Shown one piece after another: positions 10,195 through 20,756 of a DNA stretch of 64,000 bases; within the stretch, counting starts at the first letter, position 1; each line of letters begins with the position of its first letter. The stretch spans positions 19,413 to 83,412 of the forward strand of contig CAYQFS010000001.1 of assembly GCA_964416985.1 (NCBI GenBank), in the 5' to 3' direction. The notes beneath the pieces were generated by a model. The model was not told the DNA's origin. It saw only the letters and a list, made by a program, of their open reading frames with translations, and ran no database searches. The stretch comes from an uncultured Candidatus Saccharibacteria bacterium. Lineage in GTDB: Bacteria; Patescibacteriota; Minisyncoccia; Phycocordibacterales; PALSA-1337. The position numbers and the translations under genes were made by a program.

Positions 10195-11208
10195 TTAAAA
10201 TGTTGTTGATTGTTGTTCAGCCAGCTTTTTATTGAAGAAAAGCGTTACAGAAGCCTGCGCTCCCTGAAGGATCTTATCCTGATTTCGTATATCGAGAGAA
10301 AGAAGAGAGCTTCCTTCGGCATCTTCTTTTGTTCTTAAGGTGATACTCTGATTTGTAGAAATATCTGGTTGCTCGAGGTTGTTGATACTCCATGTGTATG
10401 TCAGGGGGCTTTTTCCTCCGACAGAAGAGAAGAAATATGGGGCGGCGAGAATATTAACCTCATCTTTTATGATGGTAAATCGACTGCTGAGGGCTTTATT
10501 GTAGAAGACTCCATACAAAGGATCTTCTTCATAAAGAAGAATCGAAGGATTTCCCGGCTCAAGATTTATAGAAGCCCTTCCCTGCTGGGCGCCATCCTTT
10601 GTTGTGACAATTGCCTCAATGTCGAAGCTCTTCGGAAGAAATTCACTTATCGAAAGTGTTTGTTTCCCAAAACCAGACTGGTCCTGCACAACCTTATCAT
10701 TTACTGTCCATTTGTAAACAAGAGTCTTTGGGTCAATTTCCCTTCCGTTACTTCCTAAAAAGTGAGGAACAGCACTTATTTTTACGAGATTTTGATATGC
10801 GAAGAGAGACTTTCCTTTAAAAAGGGGTGGAGTGTACCCAGAACTTTCCCAGATGAGATCAATATCTGCTGGTTTAAATGTGATAACCTTTCTTACCTCT
10901 TTTCCTTCTGTTGTCATAATAATTGCCGTGACTGTGACATTTTTACCAATCGCTGGAGCTGTTATGTTGATTGAGGTTAGCCCTGTTCCCTGCCCAGTAT
11001 TTTTCCCATCAACTAACCAAACAATAGAAGCCGCGTTGAGGTTCGTATTGTAGCTCTCAACTTTTACCGTGACACTTTGTCCTGCAGATGGGTAGAGTGG
11101 ATCATTTGAAATTTGAACTCCGTCAATTGAATCAGGAATTTGTGCATGAACAAGGAGACTTGTTCCTAGGAAAAGAAAGCAAAGCATGATTTTCAAGCCA
11201 TTTTTCAT
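10195..11208 (-). CDS. Secreted Ig/PKD-like repeat protein
   Basis: Signal peptide ending VHA-Q; three repeats with W-x-V/I-D/N. Start placed at 11208, 7 nt after TGgTAAAAT; the ORF extends to 11235. Confidence 0.6.
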   Translation of the reverse strand: MKNGLKIMLCFLFLGTSLLVHAQIPDSIDGVQISNDPLYPSAGQSVTVKVESYNTNLNAASIVWLVDGKNTGQGTGLTSINITAPAIGKNVTVTAIIMTTEGKEVRKVITFKPADIDLIWESSGYTPPLFKGKSLFAYQNLVKISAVPHFLGSNGREIDPKTLVYKWTVNDKVVQDQSGFGKQTLSISEFLPKSFDIEAIVTTKDGAQQGRASINLEPGNPSILLYEEDPLYGVFYNKALSSRFTIIKDEVNILAAPYFFSSVGGKSPLTYTWSINNLEQPDISTNQSITLRTKEDAEGSSLLSLDIRNQDKILQGAQASVTLFFNKKLAEQQSTTF

Positions 11209-11261
11209 TCCCCCTATTTTACCACGATATTTCATTATTCTGACAAAGAGATTTCCTCAGT

Positions 11262-11687
11262 TTATTCTTGTTTTGCCTGCTCTTCTCGAGAGATTCTCAC
11301 ACCATTTTGGTTTGGAGGCACCCTTTTTACTCGAGGAGGCGTAACACCTGGCTTATTTTTGTTAGGAAAAACCTTTAATCCTGTCTTATCTTCAACCCTA
11401 CTCAATATTAAAATTGCAACCATTGCGGCAATTATTGTAGGCAATTCCTGAACAGCTGGAAAAAGCTCCGCTATAGTTGAGATAATAGCCGGCACAAATC
11501 TTCTCCAATTCACAATTCCTAATCCAAGTTTCCAAAAAACCACACCCATTATCGCCCAAAAGATCCATCCTACAATATCTCCCGCGAGTGGTATGAGTGT
11601 CAGGACATCAGCGATGAAAGCGAGAAAAATCAAAAAGACACCCATTCGTATACTTATCCTGTATTTGGGTTCCTGCTTTTCTTCCAT
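11262..11687 (-). CDS. Small multi-pass membrane protein in the T4SS-like cluster
   Basis: Three hydrophobic segments; co-oriented, directly downstream of the VirB4-like gene. Confidence 0.7.
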   Translation of the reverse strand: MEEKQEPKYRISIRMGVFLIFLAFIADVLTLIPLAGDIVGWIFWAIMGVVFWKLGLGIVNWRRFVPAIISTIAELFPAVQELPTIIAAMVAILILSRVEDKTGLKVFPNKNKPGVTPPRVKRVPPNQNGVRISREEQAKQE

Positions 11688-11693
11688 ACCCCT

Positions 11694-13523
11694 CTATTTT
11701 ACCATGCTTGCTTGGCCGCTGGTTTCGAGATCTTGTTTTGCCTGCTTGATTGCAAGAACCTGAGCTGGATTTGTGGTGATGATCTGGTCCTCTGTGTATG
11801 ACGCAACAATCTTGAGGGCGACGTGCTTTAGACCGACGAAGAATATTCCCTCCCCAACATCTGACTCGAGAAGAAGATATTTTTCCTCATCAGTGAGGTT
11901 GAATGTTCTCTGGATATTGTCGATCGAAGATGGAGATTGTTTTAGAAGAATTTGAATTGAAGAGTTTGTGATAATCGGCAGTCCATATGGTGACTTGAGG
12001 AAATCGTCAACATCCTGGGTAATTGTTGCAAGACCAAGATAATATTTTCTTCCTCGTTTTGCCAAACCAAGTAGGAATGAAGCCGTATCTTCTGATTTCA
12101 TCATCCACCATGCCTCGTCGATCACGAGCAGTCGTTTCTTGAGCTGTTTTCGGATAGCGTTCCATATATAGTGTGTGACGATATACATTGCCACCGGCTT
12201 GAGCTCGTCTTCCATGTCTCGAAGCGAGAAAACTACGAATTTTTTGTTGATATCGACGTTTGAAGGGCGATTAATGAAGCCTGACCACGTTCCTTTTGTG
12301 TATTTTGTAAGACGTTCCACGAGGGAATCAGCTCCCTGCATCCCGGCAAGTACAAGTTCGAAATCCGAAAGAAGTGGTGGCTCAACATTCCTAAAGTCGG
12401 ATTCGGGAGTGATGTCCTTCAGGGCGTATGTTTCGGTTATAGCTCGGTCAATGATTGCATCTTCTTCCTGTGTAAGTCCTCCAAGCATAATTCGGAAAAG
12501 TCCAACGAGGTTAATGATGTTTGAGCGGAGAATATCAGCTGCACTCTCATCTTCACGGGGGATTGGAAGGTCAAAAGGGTTTATGTGATGCTCTGAGTTG
12601 AGGGAAATGTTGAAGTACTTCCCTCCTGTTGCTTCGGCCATGTATTCATATTCTTTTTCTGGGTCAATGACGATGACATCTGTATCAAACATTAGGGTTC
12701 TAAGAATTTCGAGCTTTGTGCAGTATGATTTTCCGGCTCCGGCCTTTGCAAATGTCACAGAGTTGTAATTTTCGAGCAGGAATCGATCAAAAAGAACAAG
12801 TGAAGAGTTGTGGCGATTGATTCCGTAGAGAATTCCTTTGTCAGACGTAAGATCAAACGAGGTAAATGGGAAAAGTGATGAAAGTGGAGAGGAATTGAGC
12901 TTTGAATGAACTGCTAGTTCGTCATTTGCAATAGGGAGAACGCTTCGGTAGCCACTCTCCTGTTGGAAAAGGGCAGGCTTTAGATACACAAGCTTTGATT
13001 CAAGGATTGATTTGATTTCTGACTCAGTCTTGTCGAGCTCGGCGCTTGAGTCACCATATATAGTAATGTAGACGCCAACATCAAATATTTTCTCCTGAGC
13101 TTGCATGAGATTGTCCCGAAGGGCTTCGAGGTCCTGGTAAGCAGTATCGAGCATTGGATCACGGACAAGACCCTTGTCTTCCCTCTGTGAAATTTGACTT
13201 TGAACCTCAGCTACTTTCTTCTGGAAGTGTCGAAGGATCTTTGCGGTGTCTACTGGATGAATGAAAATAGAAATATTAAAAATTTTGTCGAGGTTTACGA
13301 TTGGAGAGAACCAGCTTTCACTCAAAAATCGAGGATATGAGATGACAAAGAAGGTTCGAGCCACCTTTTCTCCGAGGTTCAATTCTTTTGGGCTGATTTT
13401 CAAAGCCGAAGGAGCAATGACATCCTTGAGTTCAAGGACGCCTGCCTCATAAATCTCCTGAGGCATGAGCGATGTCACTGGAGAAACCTCTTTTTTGCCT
13501 AGTAATTTTCCAAAAAATGACAT
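11694..13523 (-). CDS. VirB4/ConE-like ATPase
   Basis: Walker A AKAGAGKS, VIDPEKEY, INPF, Walker B LLVIDEAW, KRGRKY and ITQ motifs. Confidence 0.92.
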   Translation of the reverse strand: MSFFGKLLGKKEVSPVTSLMPQEIYEAGVLELKDVIAPSALKISPKELNLGEKVARTFFVISYPRFLSESWFSPIVNLDKIFNISIFIHPVDTAKILRHFQKKVAEVQSQISQREDKGLVRDPMLDTAYQDLEALRDNLMQAQEKIFDVGVYITIYGDSSAELDKTESEIKSILESKLVYLKPALFQQESGYRSVLPIANDELAVHSKLNSSPLSSLFPFTSFDLTSDKGILYGINRHNSSLVLFDRFLLENYNSVTFAKAGAGKSYCTKLEILRTLMFDTDVIVIDPEKEYEYMAEATGGKYFNISLNSEHHINPFDLPIPREDESAADILRSNIINLVGLFRIMLGGLTQEEDAIIDRAITETYALKDITPESDFRNVEPPLLSDFELVLAGMQGADSLVERLTKYTKGTWSGFINRPSNVDINKKFVVFSLRDMEDELKPVAMYIVTHYIWNAIRKQLKKRLLVIDEAWWMMKSEDTASFLLGLAKRGRKYYLGLATITQDVDDFLKSPYGLPIITNSSIQILLKQSPSSIDNIQRTFNLTDEEKYLLLESDVGEGIFFVGLKHVALKIVASYTEDQIITTNPAQVLAIKQAKQDLETSGQASMVK

Positions 13524-13524
13524 A

Positions 13525-14157
13525 TTAATTTATTTGAATAGGTTTTTCTGACTCCCCAGGATTAAATATCTTGTAGTACAATTCTACCACCTCCTCCGTA
13601 CCAAGTTCAGCCACCCTCACTCCACAACGCACAAGTCCTTGCTCGACAACCCCCACCCTTTGCTCGAGCTGACTTCTGTACTCGGCAAATTTTTCATTTT
13701 CAATGATTCGGCTCTCGTCTTTTTTATTGACGAGATTGCTAATTGGGTTTTTACTTGCAGTCATTGCTGGAGGAGTATATGGCACAATAATGAAGAAACT
13801 TTTTGTCATGATATTTGAATTCTCGACGAATGTCTTAATGAATTCAATGTATTCCCTTGTCTGAATCTTCATAAGTTCAGTCATTTGTTCTTTGTAACGT
13901 TCCTCAAGAAGGGCTATGTATGGCCGTATATCAAGTCTTTTTGATTGAACAAATATCTGAACAGAAAAATCAAGAGAATTTAGAAAATTTTGGAACTGGT
14001 AGATGATTGAGTTTTGTTCATCGGCAGATTTGAGGGCAAAGTTCAATGAAGAAGCGAGAACAAGAGCCCTCATTGAGCCATCTTTGAGAATAACAATTCC
14101 ATCACGAATTTCCCTTATCGGTACAAAGTCCTGAGTTGTTTTTGAACTTGTTGCCAT
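13525..14157 (-). CDS. TraC/VirB4 N-terminal-like protein (PrgI-associated)
   Basis: NFALKSADEQ...FQNFLNSLDFSVQIFVQS; lies between prgI and virB4. Confidence 0.7.
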   Translation of the reverse strand: MATSSKTTQDFVPIREIRDGIVILKDGSMRALVLASSLNFALKSADEQNSIIYQFQNFLNSLDFSVQIFVQSKRLDIRPYIALLEERYKEQMTELMKIQTREYIEFIKTFVENSNIMTKSFFIIVPYTPPAMTASKNPISNLVNKKDESRIIENEKFAEYRSQLEQRVGVVEQGLVRCGVRVAELGTEEVVELYYKIFNPGESEKPIQIN

Positions 14158-14159
14158 AA

Positions 14160-14585
14160 TTATCTTTGGTTTTTATTTGTGTACATGCTCTCCTTTATGT
14201 CGAGACTCCACGTGAGGTCCTTGAGTTTGCTATCAGAAATCTTTGGGACCATGATTGATGCGTACTGTTTTGCCTCCTGCTCCGGTGTCACCACCTTTTC
14301 TTTTTCCGCTTTCTTCCATATGTAGAGTTTGCTGGAGAAAAAATACTTGAAGGCTGCTTCCATTACAAAAATAAACGGTTTGTTGTTTATTTTGTAGAAT
14401 GCGAGAGCTGCTGACAATGTCATTACAATAACAATTGGTATAAATGACAGCACGATCGAGTCCAAAAGCCTATATACAGCAAATGATAGACCTGCGCCTC
14501 CCGCAAGATAAATGAACTGCTTGAGGGTCAAGGGTCCAAATATCTTGTCTTCAACTTCGATGAACTGTGGGACTTGAAAACGCAT
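14160..14585 (-). CDS. PrgI family protein (VirB3-like)
   Basis: FQVPQFIEVEDKIFGPLTLKQF followed by two TM helices. Confidence 0.88.
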   Translation of the reverse strand: MRFQVPQFIEVEDKIFGPLTLKQFIYLAGGAGLSFAVYRLLDSIVLSFIPIVIVMTLSAALAFYKINNKPFIFVMEAAFKYFFSSKLYIWKKAEKEKVVTPEQEAKQYASIMVPKISDSKLKDLTWSLDIKESMYTNKNQR

Positions 14586-14600
14586 GTGTTCATTATAGCA

Positions 14601-15284
14601 TTATTCAATCGGCTCCCGATAAGGATCCACCGAGGTCTTCCCCGCTGGCTGTACCGGAGGCTTTGGGGAAGTTGGTGCTGGGGGTGTTTGGGGATTTGGT
14701 GGTATTGCAATTGGCCCAGGGCTTTGAGGTTTTGGTGCATTTGGTGCAGCTATTTCATTTGCACTTGAGACTGGATTTGCAAGGAGGTGGTCGACGATAG
14801 AAACCCTTGGTGTTGTTGGTGGATTTTCAATTCCATCAAGTATCTGGGCCTTATTTAGACTTGAATTGTTGTATTGAGGAGAAGTTGAAACAGGTTTATC
14901 CTTAACAATCTCAAAGTTCCCAGCTTTTTCGAGGGGGGTGAGAGGGCGGCTTGGAGGTATAGGCACTGTATTTTGCTCCAAAGTAATTTCTTCCTGTACT
15001 TTTCTAATTGATTCTCGAAGCGGCATAAAAATCTCTTCGTTTATATCTTTAACAATTTTTTCAGAAATTTCCTTGTCAATCTCGAGGTCTCTAGCTACTG
15101 TATCAATAAATTTGACTGATGGTAGTTTTCCTATAAGTACCATTCGGGTATCTACTTCGAGCTGCCCTATTTGGTCAAGGAGTAAATTATAACGCGCACC
15201 AATGCTCTCTAATTTCGAGTATACACTCGAAGATTTTATTGCCTCAAGTATTTCTTTTGGGATTGTTGTTTCGGTTGGTTTCAT
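14601..15284 (-). CDS. Hypothetical protein with Pro-rich tail ending DPYREPIE
   Basis: Long ORF inside the operon. Start chosen at MKPTET to avoid overlap with the upstream gene. Confidence 0.7.
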   Translation of the reverse strand: MKPTETTIPKEILEAIKSSSVYSKLESIGARYNLLLDQIGQLEVDTRMVLIGKLPSVKFIDTVARDLEIDKEISEKIVKDINEEIFMPLRESIRKVQEEITLEQNTVPIPPSRPLTPLEKAGNFEIVKDKPVSTSPQYNNSSLNKAQILDGIENPPTTPRVSIVDHLLANPVSSANEIAAPNAPKPQSPGPIAIPPNPQTPPAPTSPKPPVQPAGKTSVDPYREPIE

Positions 15285-15288
15285 TTTT

Positions 15289-17232
15289 TTATTTTGTCCA
15301 TCTATCTCTATTTCGACCATCGTTCATATATCCGTAAGCCTTGTGCTCTGTCGTCGGAGGTAGGTTGCTGATGCGGTTACCAATAGCCCTTCTGGTTGGT
15401 GCGTCAATCAGGTCTTCCATTTCTTTGAGTTGTGCCGGTGTCATGTAATCGATAACATCATTATTCTGAAGGTGGGTTGGATCAACCTTCGACAATTCCT
15501 TACCCGAAAGATTCTTCATATGCTTCTCGATGACTGTCGGTTGTCCAGAACTGAATACTAGGGATAGTCCTTCCTTTCTCGCTGTTTTAAACTTTTCCTT
15601 ATCTATTTCTGAGAGAGCATCGCCGTCAACTAAGCCTTCTGCTTGCTTAGAAGAAAGCGTAGCAGCAAATTGCGTGTTCGTAAGAGTTTTTAGAGGAACA
15701 TCCTCGAGTTCTTTCTTGGTCATTTTTCCTACAGCATCATAATAAGTCTTGAGTTGCTCAGGTGTAGTAGGTAAGTTATTGAGAATTGGTTTAAGGGCCT
15801 CTGTTCTTGATCGTTCTCTCTGTACTCCTGAAATGACTCTCGCGCGATCCTTATCCTCCCTCTCAACATCACCAAAACTCTGTTTGCCACCATATTTTGA
15901 TTTTTCGACACTCGTTAACCCTCCTCTTACTGCTTGGCTAATGCCTAGGTTTCTTAACACAGTTGTAGCAGCTCTTCCCGTTTTGCTTCCTTGTGCGGCT
16001 GCAGCCATATTGTCGAACCCTTTTCCTGCTAGTTTACCAAGTCGTCCAGCAGTATTTCTTCCAACCACTCCCCCTACCTTACCCCTCACCCAATCCTTTG
16101 CTACGTTTGCCATTCCTGCTCCGTGGCCCCCGAGCTGAAGTGCGGCAACAAGAGGGACATTTATAAAGACAAATGCAATAATGAATTGAAAAATAAGTCC
16201 TGCATCAGCAACGACCACCGCACCAATTGTTGAACCAGCCTTTGCTGCTGCAAGTTGTGCAGTGTCGAGAGCGTCAAAGAATCCTCCATTGCTTAGGAAT
16301 TTGAGAGCCACATACATGAAGAAAAGGTACGCAGGCATGAAAACAAGTTGGGGCACAAAATAATCCATGAACTTGCTCGTCATTTTTTGGTCAACTTTTG
16401 GGAAGATCATCCCTACAAAATACAGTGGAGAGAATCCCATGATGAGAAGGAGAATGACAATACGAATAATGAAGGCGAACCCTGCAAACAAGAAGCTAAG
16501 AGCTGCTGTGAGCATGAGTATCGAGCCTCCAATAGTTGAGACTGCGACTAGAAATGTTCCATTTGCAGTAGCGAGGATTCCTCCCTTGTTATATACCTTA
16601 GGTATTTTGAGGCTTTGCTGAAAGACGTCAGAGATACCTCCTTGTTTGAATGAATTTGTTAAAACCGTACCAATATCCCCTTTGGATAGATCTACATTTT
16701 GAGAATTAGGAGCGATTGCCCTGTAGAATTGGAGAGAAACGAGATTCGAAGCGTCAATAAGAATACGAGTGAAGAAAAGGCTAAAGTTAATGAGTATTCC
16801 AGCGAAAAATATCTTAACGACAAGAGATCCAAATTGAGGACCCTTTGTTCCAAGGATTGTGTTAATTGAGGCATATATGAGAGCAAAGATAATGAAGATG
16901 CTCGAAATGTTTCGTATGACAATCCACGTCTGTTCAATTGCCGGAGTTGCTTCGTAGAGTGCCTTTATATTAAGTGTGAGAACTATCGAAGCGTTAAGGA
17001 TAATTCCGGCAAGAGAAATGGCGTATGACATGAACTGGAGCACCCAGTTTCCGAGTTGGGAGAAAAGACTATCAAAAATTGATATAGTAGCACATTGAGC
17101 AAGACTATCTTGACTGAATATGAGCCACCACGAACAATCAGCTGCCGCTTGGGCAACATGAGGAATACTAGCAACTCCTCCCACCAGGAGGACAAGTGTT
17201 ATCGATAGGATTGTTGCTAATTTTCTGTTCAT
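15289..17232 (-). CDS. VirB6/TrbL-like polytopic membrane protein
   Basis: About 7-8 TM segments (WIVIRNISS, LINFSLFFTRILIDASN, IIRIVILLLIMGFSPL), a Gly/Ala-rich linker and a soluble C-terminus. Confidence 0.75.
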   Translation of the reverse strand: MNRKLATILSITLVLLVGGVASIPHVAQAAADCSWWLIFSQDSLAQCATISIFDSLFSQLGNWVLQFMSYAISLAGIILNASIVLTLNIKALYEATPAIEQTWIVIRNISSIFIIFALIYASINTILGTKGPQFGSLVVKIFFAGILINFSLFFTRILIDASNLVSLQFYRAIAPNSQNVDLSKGDIGTVLTNSFKQGGISDVFQQSLKIPKVYNKGGILATANGTFLVAVSTIGGSILMLTAALSFLFAGFAFIIRIVILLLIMGFSPLYFVGMIFPKVDQKMTSKFMDYFVPQLVFMPAYLFFMYVALKFLSNGGFFDALDTAQLAAAKAGSTIGAVVVADAGLIFQFIIAFVFINVPLVAALQLGGHGAGMANVAKDWVRGKVGGVVGRNTAGRLGKLAGKGFDNMAAAAQGSKTGRAATTVLRNLGISQAVRGGLTSVEKSKYGGKQSFGDVEREDKDRARVISGVQRERSRTEALKPILNNLPTTPEQLKTYYDAVGKMTKKELEDVPLKTLTNTQFAATLSSKQAEGLVDGDALSEIDKEKFKTARKEGLSLVFSSGQPTVIEKHMKNLSGKELSKVDPTHLQNNDVIDYMTPAQLKEMEDLIDAPTRRAIGNRISNLPPTTEHKAYGYMNDGRNRDRWTK

Positions 17233-17238
17233 GTAATG

Positions 17239-18846
17239 CTAATAGTAGAAAGTTGAAAACAATGTGCACTGCTGCAGCTTTCTCTGGGCATCTGCTTTTG
17301 CGCTATCCATGTCCTCTTTTACTTTATCCAATGCTTTCTGAGATTCTGAAACCTTGAGTGGAGATATAAGCGACTGACTCTGAAGCAATCTGCTATATTT
17401 TTCACTTGGCGCCCGAAGGTCGTTCACTGTTTTTGCAACGGTGGTGCTTGCTTGAATATCTGTAAGAGTCTTGAGTTGTGTAGTAGCATCCGCTGTTTCT
17501 GCAAGGAGGGTGTTTGCAACTGGTGTGATTCTTGTAGCGACTTCTCGAGCAATATCATCGAGTCCAGATTGAGCCATGGCTTTTCGGTATCCATCAGATG
17601 AGAAATCTATCAATTTCTGGTTGTAACATGCTGTCGCTGTGTCGTATGCTTGTTTTGCACTGACAACTATCGCGAGGGCAGCATCTTTATTCTGCTTGTA
17701 TTGTTTTGCGTTATCGATGTTCGTTTGGAGGTTAGGAAGCATTTGCTCAGTTATCTTTCCTGCCCCCTCAGGACTTTCTTGTATTATTTGGTTGATGTAT
17801 GCATTTGAATCTCCAGCACCGCCTCCACTGATTGCCCCAAGTCCTTGAGAAAGAACCTGTGTTACGAGTTGCGCAAAGAGGGCGTTTACAATTTCGTTAA
17901 GTTCATCCGCTAGTTCAAGTTGACGAATCGGACTTCCAAGGTTTGATTCAAGGGCTCCTGCGATAACGGAGCCAGGTGTTTGGACTTCACATTTTTCTTC
18001 TGCCACATAACCTTCCCCCGATCCTTCGTATGATCTTTCTGGTCCATTATATGTTCCTTCTCCGGATCCCTCACTTGGTCTTTCTTCTGAATTTTCATTG
18101 CCGGTTTTGGTACATTTTCTCCACGAGAGAAAACCTTTTCCTTGATTTAGCTCCTCTCTTCTCTGGATCTGGACGTTTGCTACTCGAAGAGAGAGTTCTG
18201 TATCAGCTTGGATCCATGCCCCGTACACATTGTTTTGTGGTTCTGTGGTCATAGAAACGAAAGCAGGCCAGCCACCCTGTCTGAAATCTCCAGCAGTGAA
18301 GCCGTTAATACTTGAATTTTTAACAGCATTTGTAGTGTTTGTAATGATAGTTCCTAAAGTACAAGCATACCTTTGTCCACTATTCGGATGATATTTAAAA
18401 GCGAGCGCAATTCGGAGATCGATACTGAATGGAGAACAGAGATTTGTGAGTGGTCCTCCGTACTGAGAGAGAAAACGCCCAGTTTCCTGGTCTGCAAGAT
18501 CGAGAAAGAAGGAGCTTGGATTTGTTACAAATGAAGGACTTCCTTGAAAGCCAGAATTGATCCAGTTGACAACACTCTGGGTTATTTGTCGGACGATTTG
18601 TTTTGCAAACATTCCCGCAATTCCGTCGAGGACAAATTCCTTGAGATTGTCAGAATACGCATTAAATGCGAGCTGTGTCGTGTTTGTTGCGATGATGATT
18701 TGCTGAACCAAAGACGCTCCGACTTCTACAACTGCATATTGTGCTTCGACTTTATGTGGTATTGAGAGTGACAATGAAAGGAGTGACCCGATCAGGAGTG
18801 TTACTACAAGAAGCGAACTAATTATTTTTGTAATCTTTTGTTTCAT
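17239..18846 (-). CDS. Exported protein of the T4SS-like cluster
   Basis: Signal peptide (VEA-Q), SVVNWINSGFQGSPSFV motif, paired cysteines and a coiled-coil C-terminus. Confidence 0.7.
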   Translation of the reverse strand: MKQKITKIISSLLVVTLLIGSLLSLSLSIPHKVEAQYAVVEVGASLVQQIIIATNTTQLAFNAYSDNLKEFVLDGIAGMFAKQIVRQITQSVVNWINSGFQGSPSFVTNPSSFFLDLADQETGRFLSQYGGPLTNLCSPFSIDLRIALAFKYHPNSGQRYACTLGTIITNTTNAVKNSSINGFTAGDFRQGGWPAFVSMTTEPQNNVYGAWIQADTELSLRVANVQIQRREELNQGKGFLSWRKCTKTGNENSEERPSEGSGEGTYNGPERSYEGSGEGYVAEEKCEVQTPGSVIAGALESNLGSPIRQLELADELNEIVNALFAQLVTQVLSQGLGAISGGGAGDSNAYINQIIQESPEGAGKITEQMLPNLQTNIDNAKQYKQNKDAALAIVVSAKQAYDTATACYNQKLIDFSSDGYRKAMAQSGLDDIAREVATRITPVANTLLAETADATTQLKTLTDIQASTTVAKTVNDLRAPSEKYSRLLQSQSLISPLKVSESQKALDKVKEDMDSAKADAQRKLQQCTLFSTFYY

Positions 18847-18847
18847 A

Positions 18848-19825
18848 TTATTGGTGTGTCATAAAAAATATACCCCCTTCATTTTGTTGATATTGAATTC
18901 CCATCAAACTGATTTTTTGCCTGACAGATAGGAAAGCGTCAAAAAGTTTTCGAGCCCCTTCGAGGTATTGGCTTGTTGCTTGCAATCCAAGGACCGGGTC
19001 AGCTCCCGATTTTCTAAATGATTGAGCCACAAACAAGGAGATCTTCATCCCATTTATTAAATCGAGGTGAGTCTGAGAAAGTGACGCAGGGGTTTCAATT
19101 GTAGTAAGTCCGTTCACAATATTTTGGTATGTGGTGATGATGGGGTCGAGTTCTTTGAGAATATCCAAATCTTCTTTCTCGAGGGCTTCCTTAGCAATTA
19201 CAGCCTCATTTCTTCCATTTATTGGATACTTGAGAAAAAGATTTCCAACATCATTCCCATATTGTCTGATAGATGTGGCGCTATCGTCTTTGCGAGTTTT
19301 TACTGAACTTAAGTTGTAAAGTTTTGGTGCACTAAGGACAATTCCACTTTTTGTGACAACCTGCTGCGCTACTTCTATCTGGCTCTGAGGATCCTGGGAA
19401 AGACCCGCTTGGCGGAGTTCCATGTAGCGGGCAAAAAAGTCTCTAGCAAGAAGGTCGGTCGGAGTGAGGTCTTCTGTGGGAGTTTTTGAAGATGAAGTTT
19501 CACTCATTTTGTCCTTGGGACCTTTGACGAGAGGGTTTCTTCCGGTAGTACTTTCCTTTCCGTCGGATGTGCCGTCACCATCAGTATCTGCTTTGTGTGG
19601 ATCAGTACCGAGGAGAACTTCTTCCCAGTCTCTGAGACCATCAGAATCGCTGTCGACGCTCTGTAGGTCGGGAGAAAGAGCTGGGGTTGAGGTCGAAACG
19701 AGGGGTGCTTCGTAGACTATGTTTTCATCCTGTTTGTTGCGATACTCTGCGACAAAAAATGCTCCACTGATAAGGGCAGCTGCGGCAAGAATCAAAACGA
19801 TATTTTTGAGGCTTGGGGACTTCAT
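18848..19825 (-). CDS. Membrane-anchored protein with TSP3-like Ca-binding DxDxDG repeats
   Basis: DSDSDGLRDWEEVLLGTDPHKADTDGDGTSDGKE. Confidence 0.8.
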   Translation of the reverse strand: MKSPSLKNIVLILAAAALISGAFFVAEYRNKQDENIVYEAPLVSTSTPALSPDLQSVDSDSDGLRDWEEVLLGTDPHKADTDGDGTSDGKESTTGRNPLVKGPKDKMSETSSSKTPTEDLTPTDLLARDFFARYMELRQAGLSQDPQSQIEVAQQVVTKSGIVLSAPKLYNLSSVKTRKDDSATSIRQYGNDVGNLFLKYPINGRNEAVIAKEALEKEDLDILKELDPIITTYQNIVNGLTTIETPASLSQTHLDLINGMKISLFVAQSFRKSGADPVLGLQATSQYLEGARKLFDAFLSVRQKISLMGIQYQQNEGGIFFMTHQ

Positions 19826-19901
19826 TTATAATTTCGGGTAGTACTCGAAATGCTCCCCTAATTATAGCAAGATATGAAGCCTAATCCTACGTATTTTCGG
19901 C

Positions 19902-20747
19902 TTATTTCTGTGGAAAACAGACAATCTTCTTCCATTGTTCAAGAGAAAGCTCTTCCGCGCGCACCTGAGCCGGCCATTTTTCTTGTTCCCACAGGTTTTT
20001 GAGTACTTCTGGGGCCATTTTTTCCTTCAAATTGCCCATAAGTACCTTTCGTTTGTGAGAAAAGCCGGTTTTTACAAGGTCAAAGAAGTTTTTTTCATCA
20101 ATATTTGATTCGGTGAAGAAGTTTTTTGAGATATTTTCAATGAGAAGAACTGCGGAGTCGACGTTTGGCACAGGGCGGAAAAATTTTCGAGGGACTGACG
20201 TGATAAATTTTGGATTTCCATAAGCTTTGACTGAAATTGAAAGAATACTTTCCTTAGAATCGGTAATTCTTCTCGTCAGTTCCTTCTGAAGCATGACAAC
20301 AATCCGCATTGGTTGAATTTCTGATTCGAGAAATTTTCTCAAAAATTCCCCGCTGATGTAGTACGGGATATTTGCCACGATACTGTACTCCCCTTTTTTG
20401 AGACCAAGGATTGCTGGCTCAATTTCCAAAATATCCCCATGGATTAATTTCAATTTTCCTGTTTTGAGTTCTCGAGAGAACTTTTCAGAGAGAAATGGAA
20501 TGGCACGGTCGTCTTTTTCAATCGCAATGACCTGGGCTCCAGCCTCAAGAAGACCATGAGTGAGAGCTCCTTTTCCTGGACCAACTTCAACAACAACATC
20601 ATCACGAAGAATTCGCGCAGCATGGATCATGGCTCCGATTACGTGAGGTGCATGGAGAAAATTCTGCCCCAAAGATTTTTTCGCGACGAAATTATTTTTG
20701 GATTCAGTTGTGATTTCTTCTGATTCAGAAAATATCTCAGGTTCCAT
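19902..20747 (-). CDS. rsmA: 16S rRNA m6,2A dimethyltransferase
   Basis: KKSLGQNFL, EVGPGKGALT, ANIPYYIS and PVPNVDSAV. Confidence 0.97.
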   Translation of the reverse strand: MEPEIFSESEEITTESKNNFVAKKSLGQNFLHAPHVIGAMIHAARILRDDVVVEVGPGKGALTHGLLEAGAQVIAIEKDDRAIPFLSEKFSRELKTGKLKLIHGDILEIEPAILGLKKGEYSIVANIPYYISGEFLRKFLESEIQPMRIVVMLQKELTRRITDSKESILSISVKAYGNPKFITSVPRKFFRPVPNVDSAVLLIENISKNFFTESNIDEKNFFDLVKTGFSHKRKVLMGNLKEKMAPEVLKNLWEQEKWPAQVRAEELSLEQWKKIVCFPQK

Positions 20748-20756
20748 GGTGTATAA

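Noticed and set aside
18010-18085. Short internal repeat (EGSGEG twice); similarly ASTSMML twice at about 47460-47530
   Set aside because: Two-copy in-frame coding duplications in linker regions, with no sign of a repeat system.
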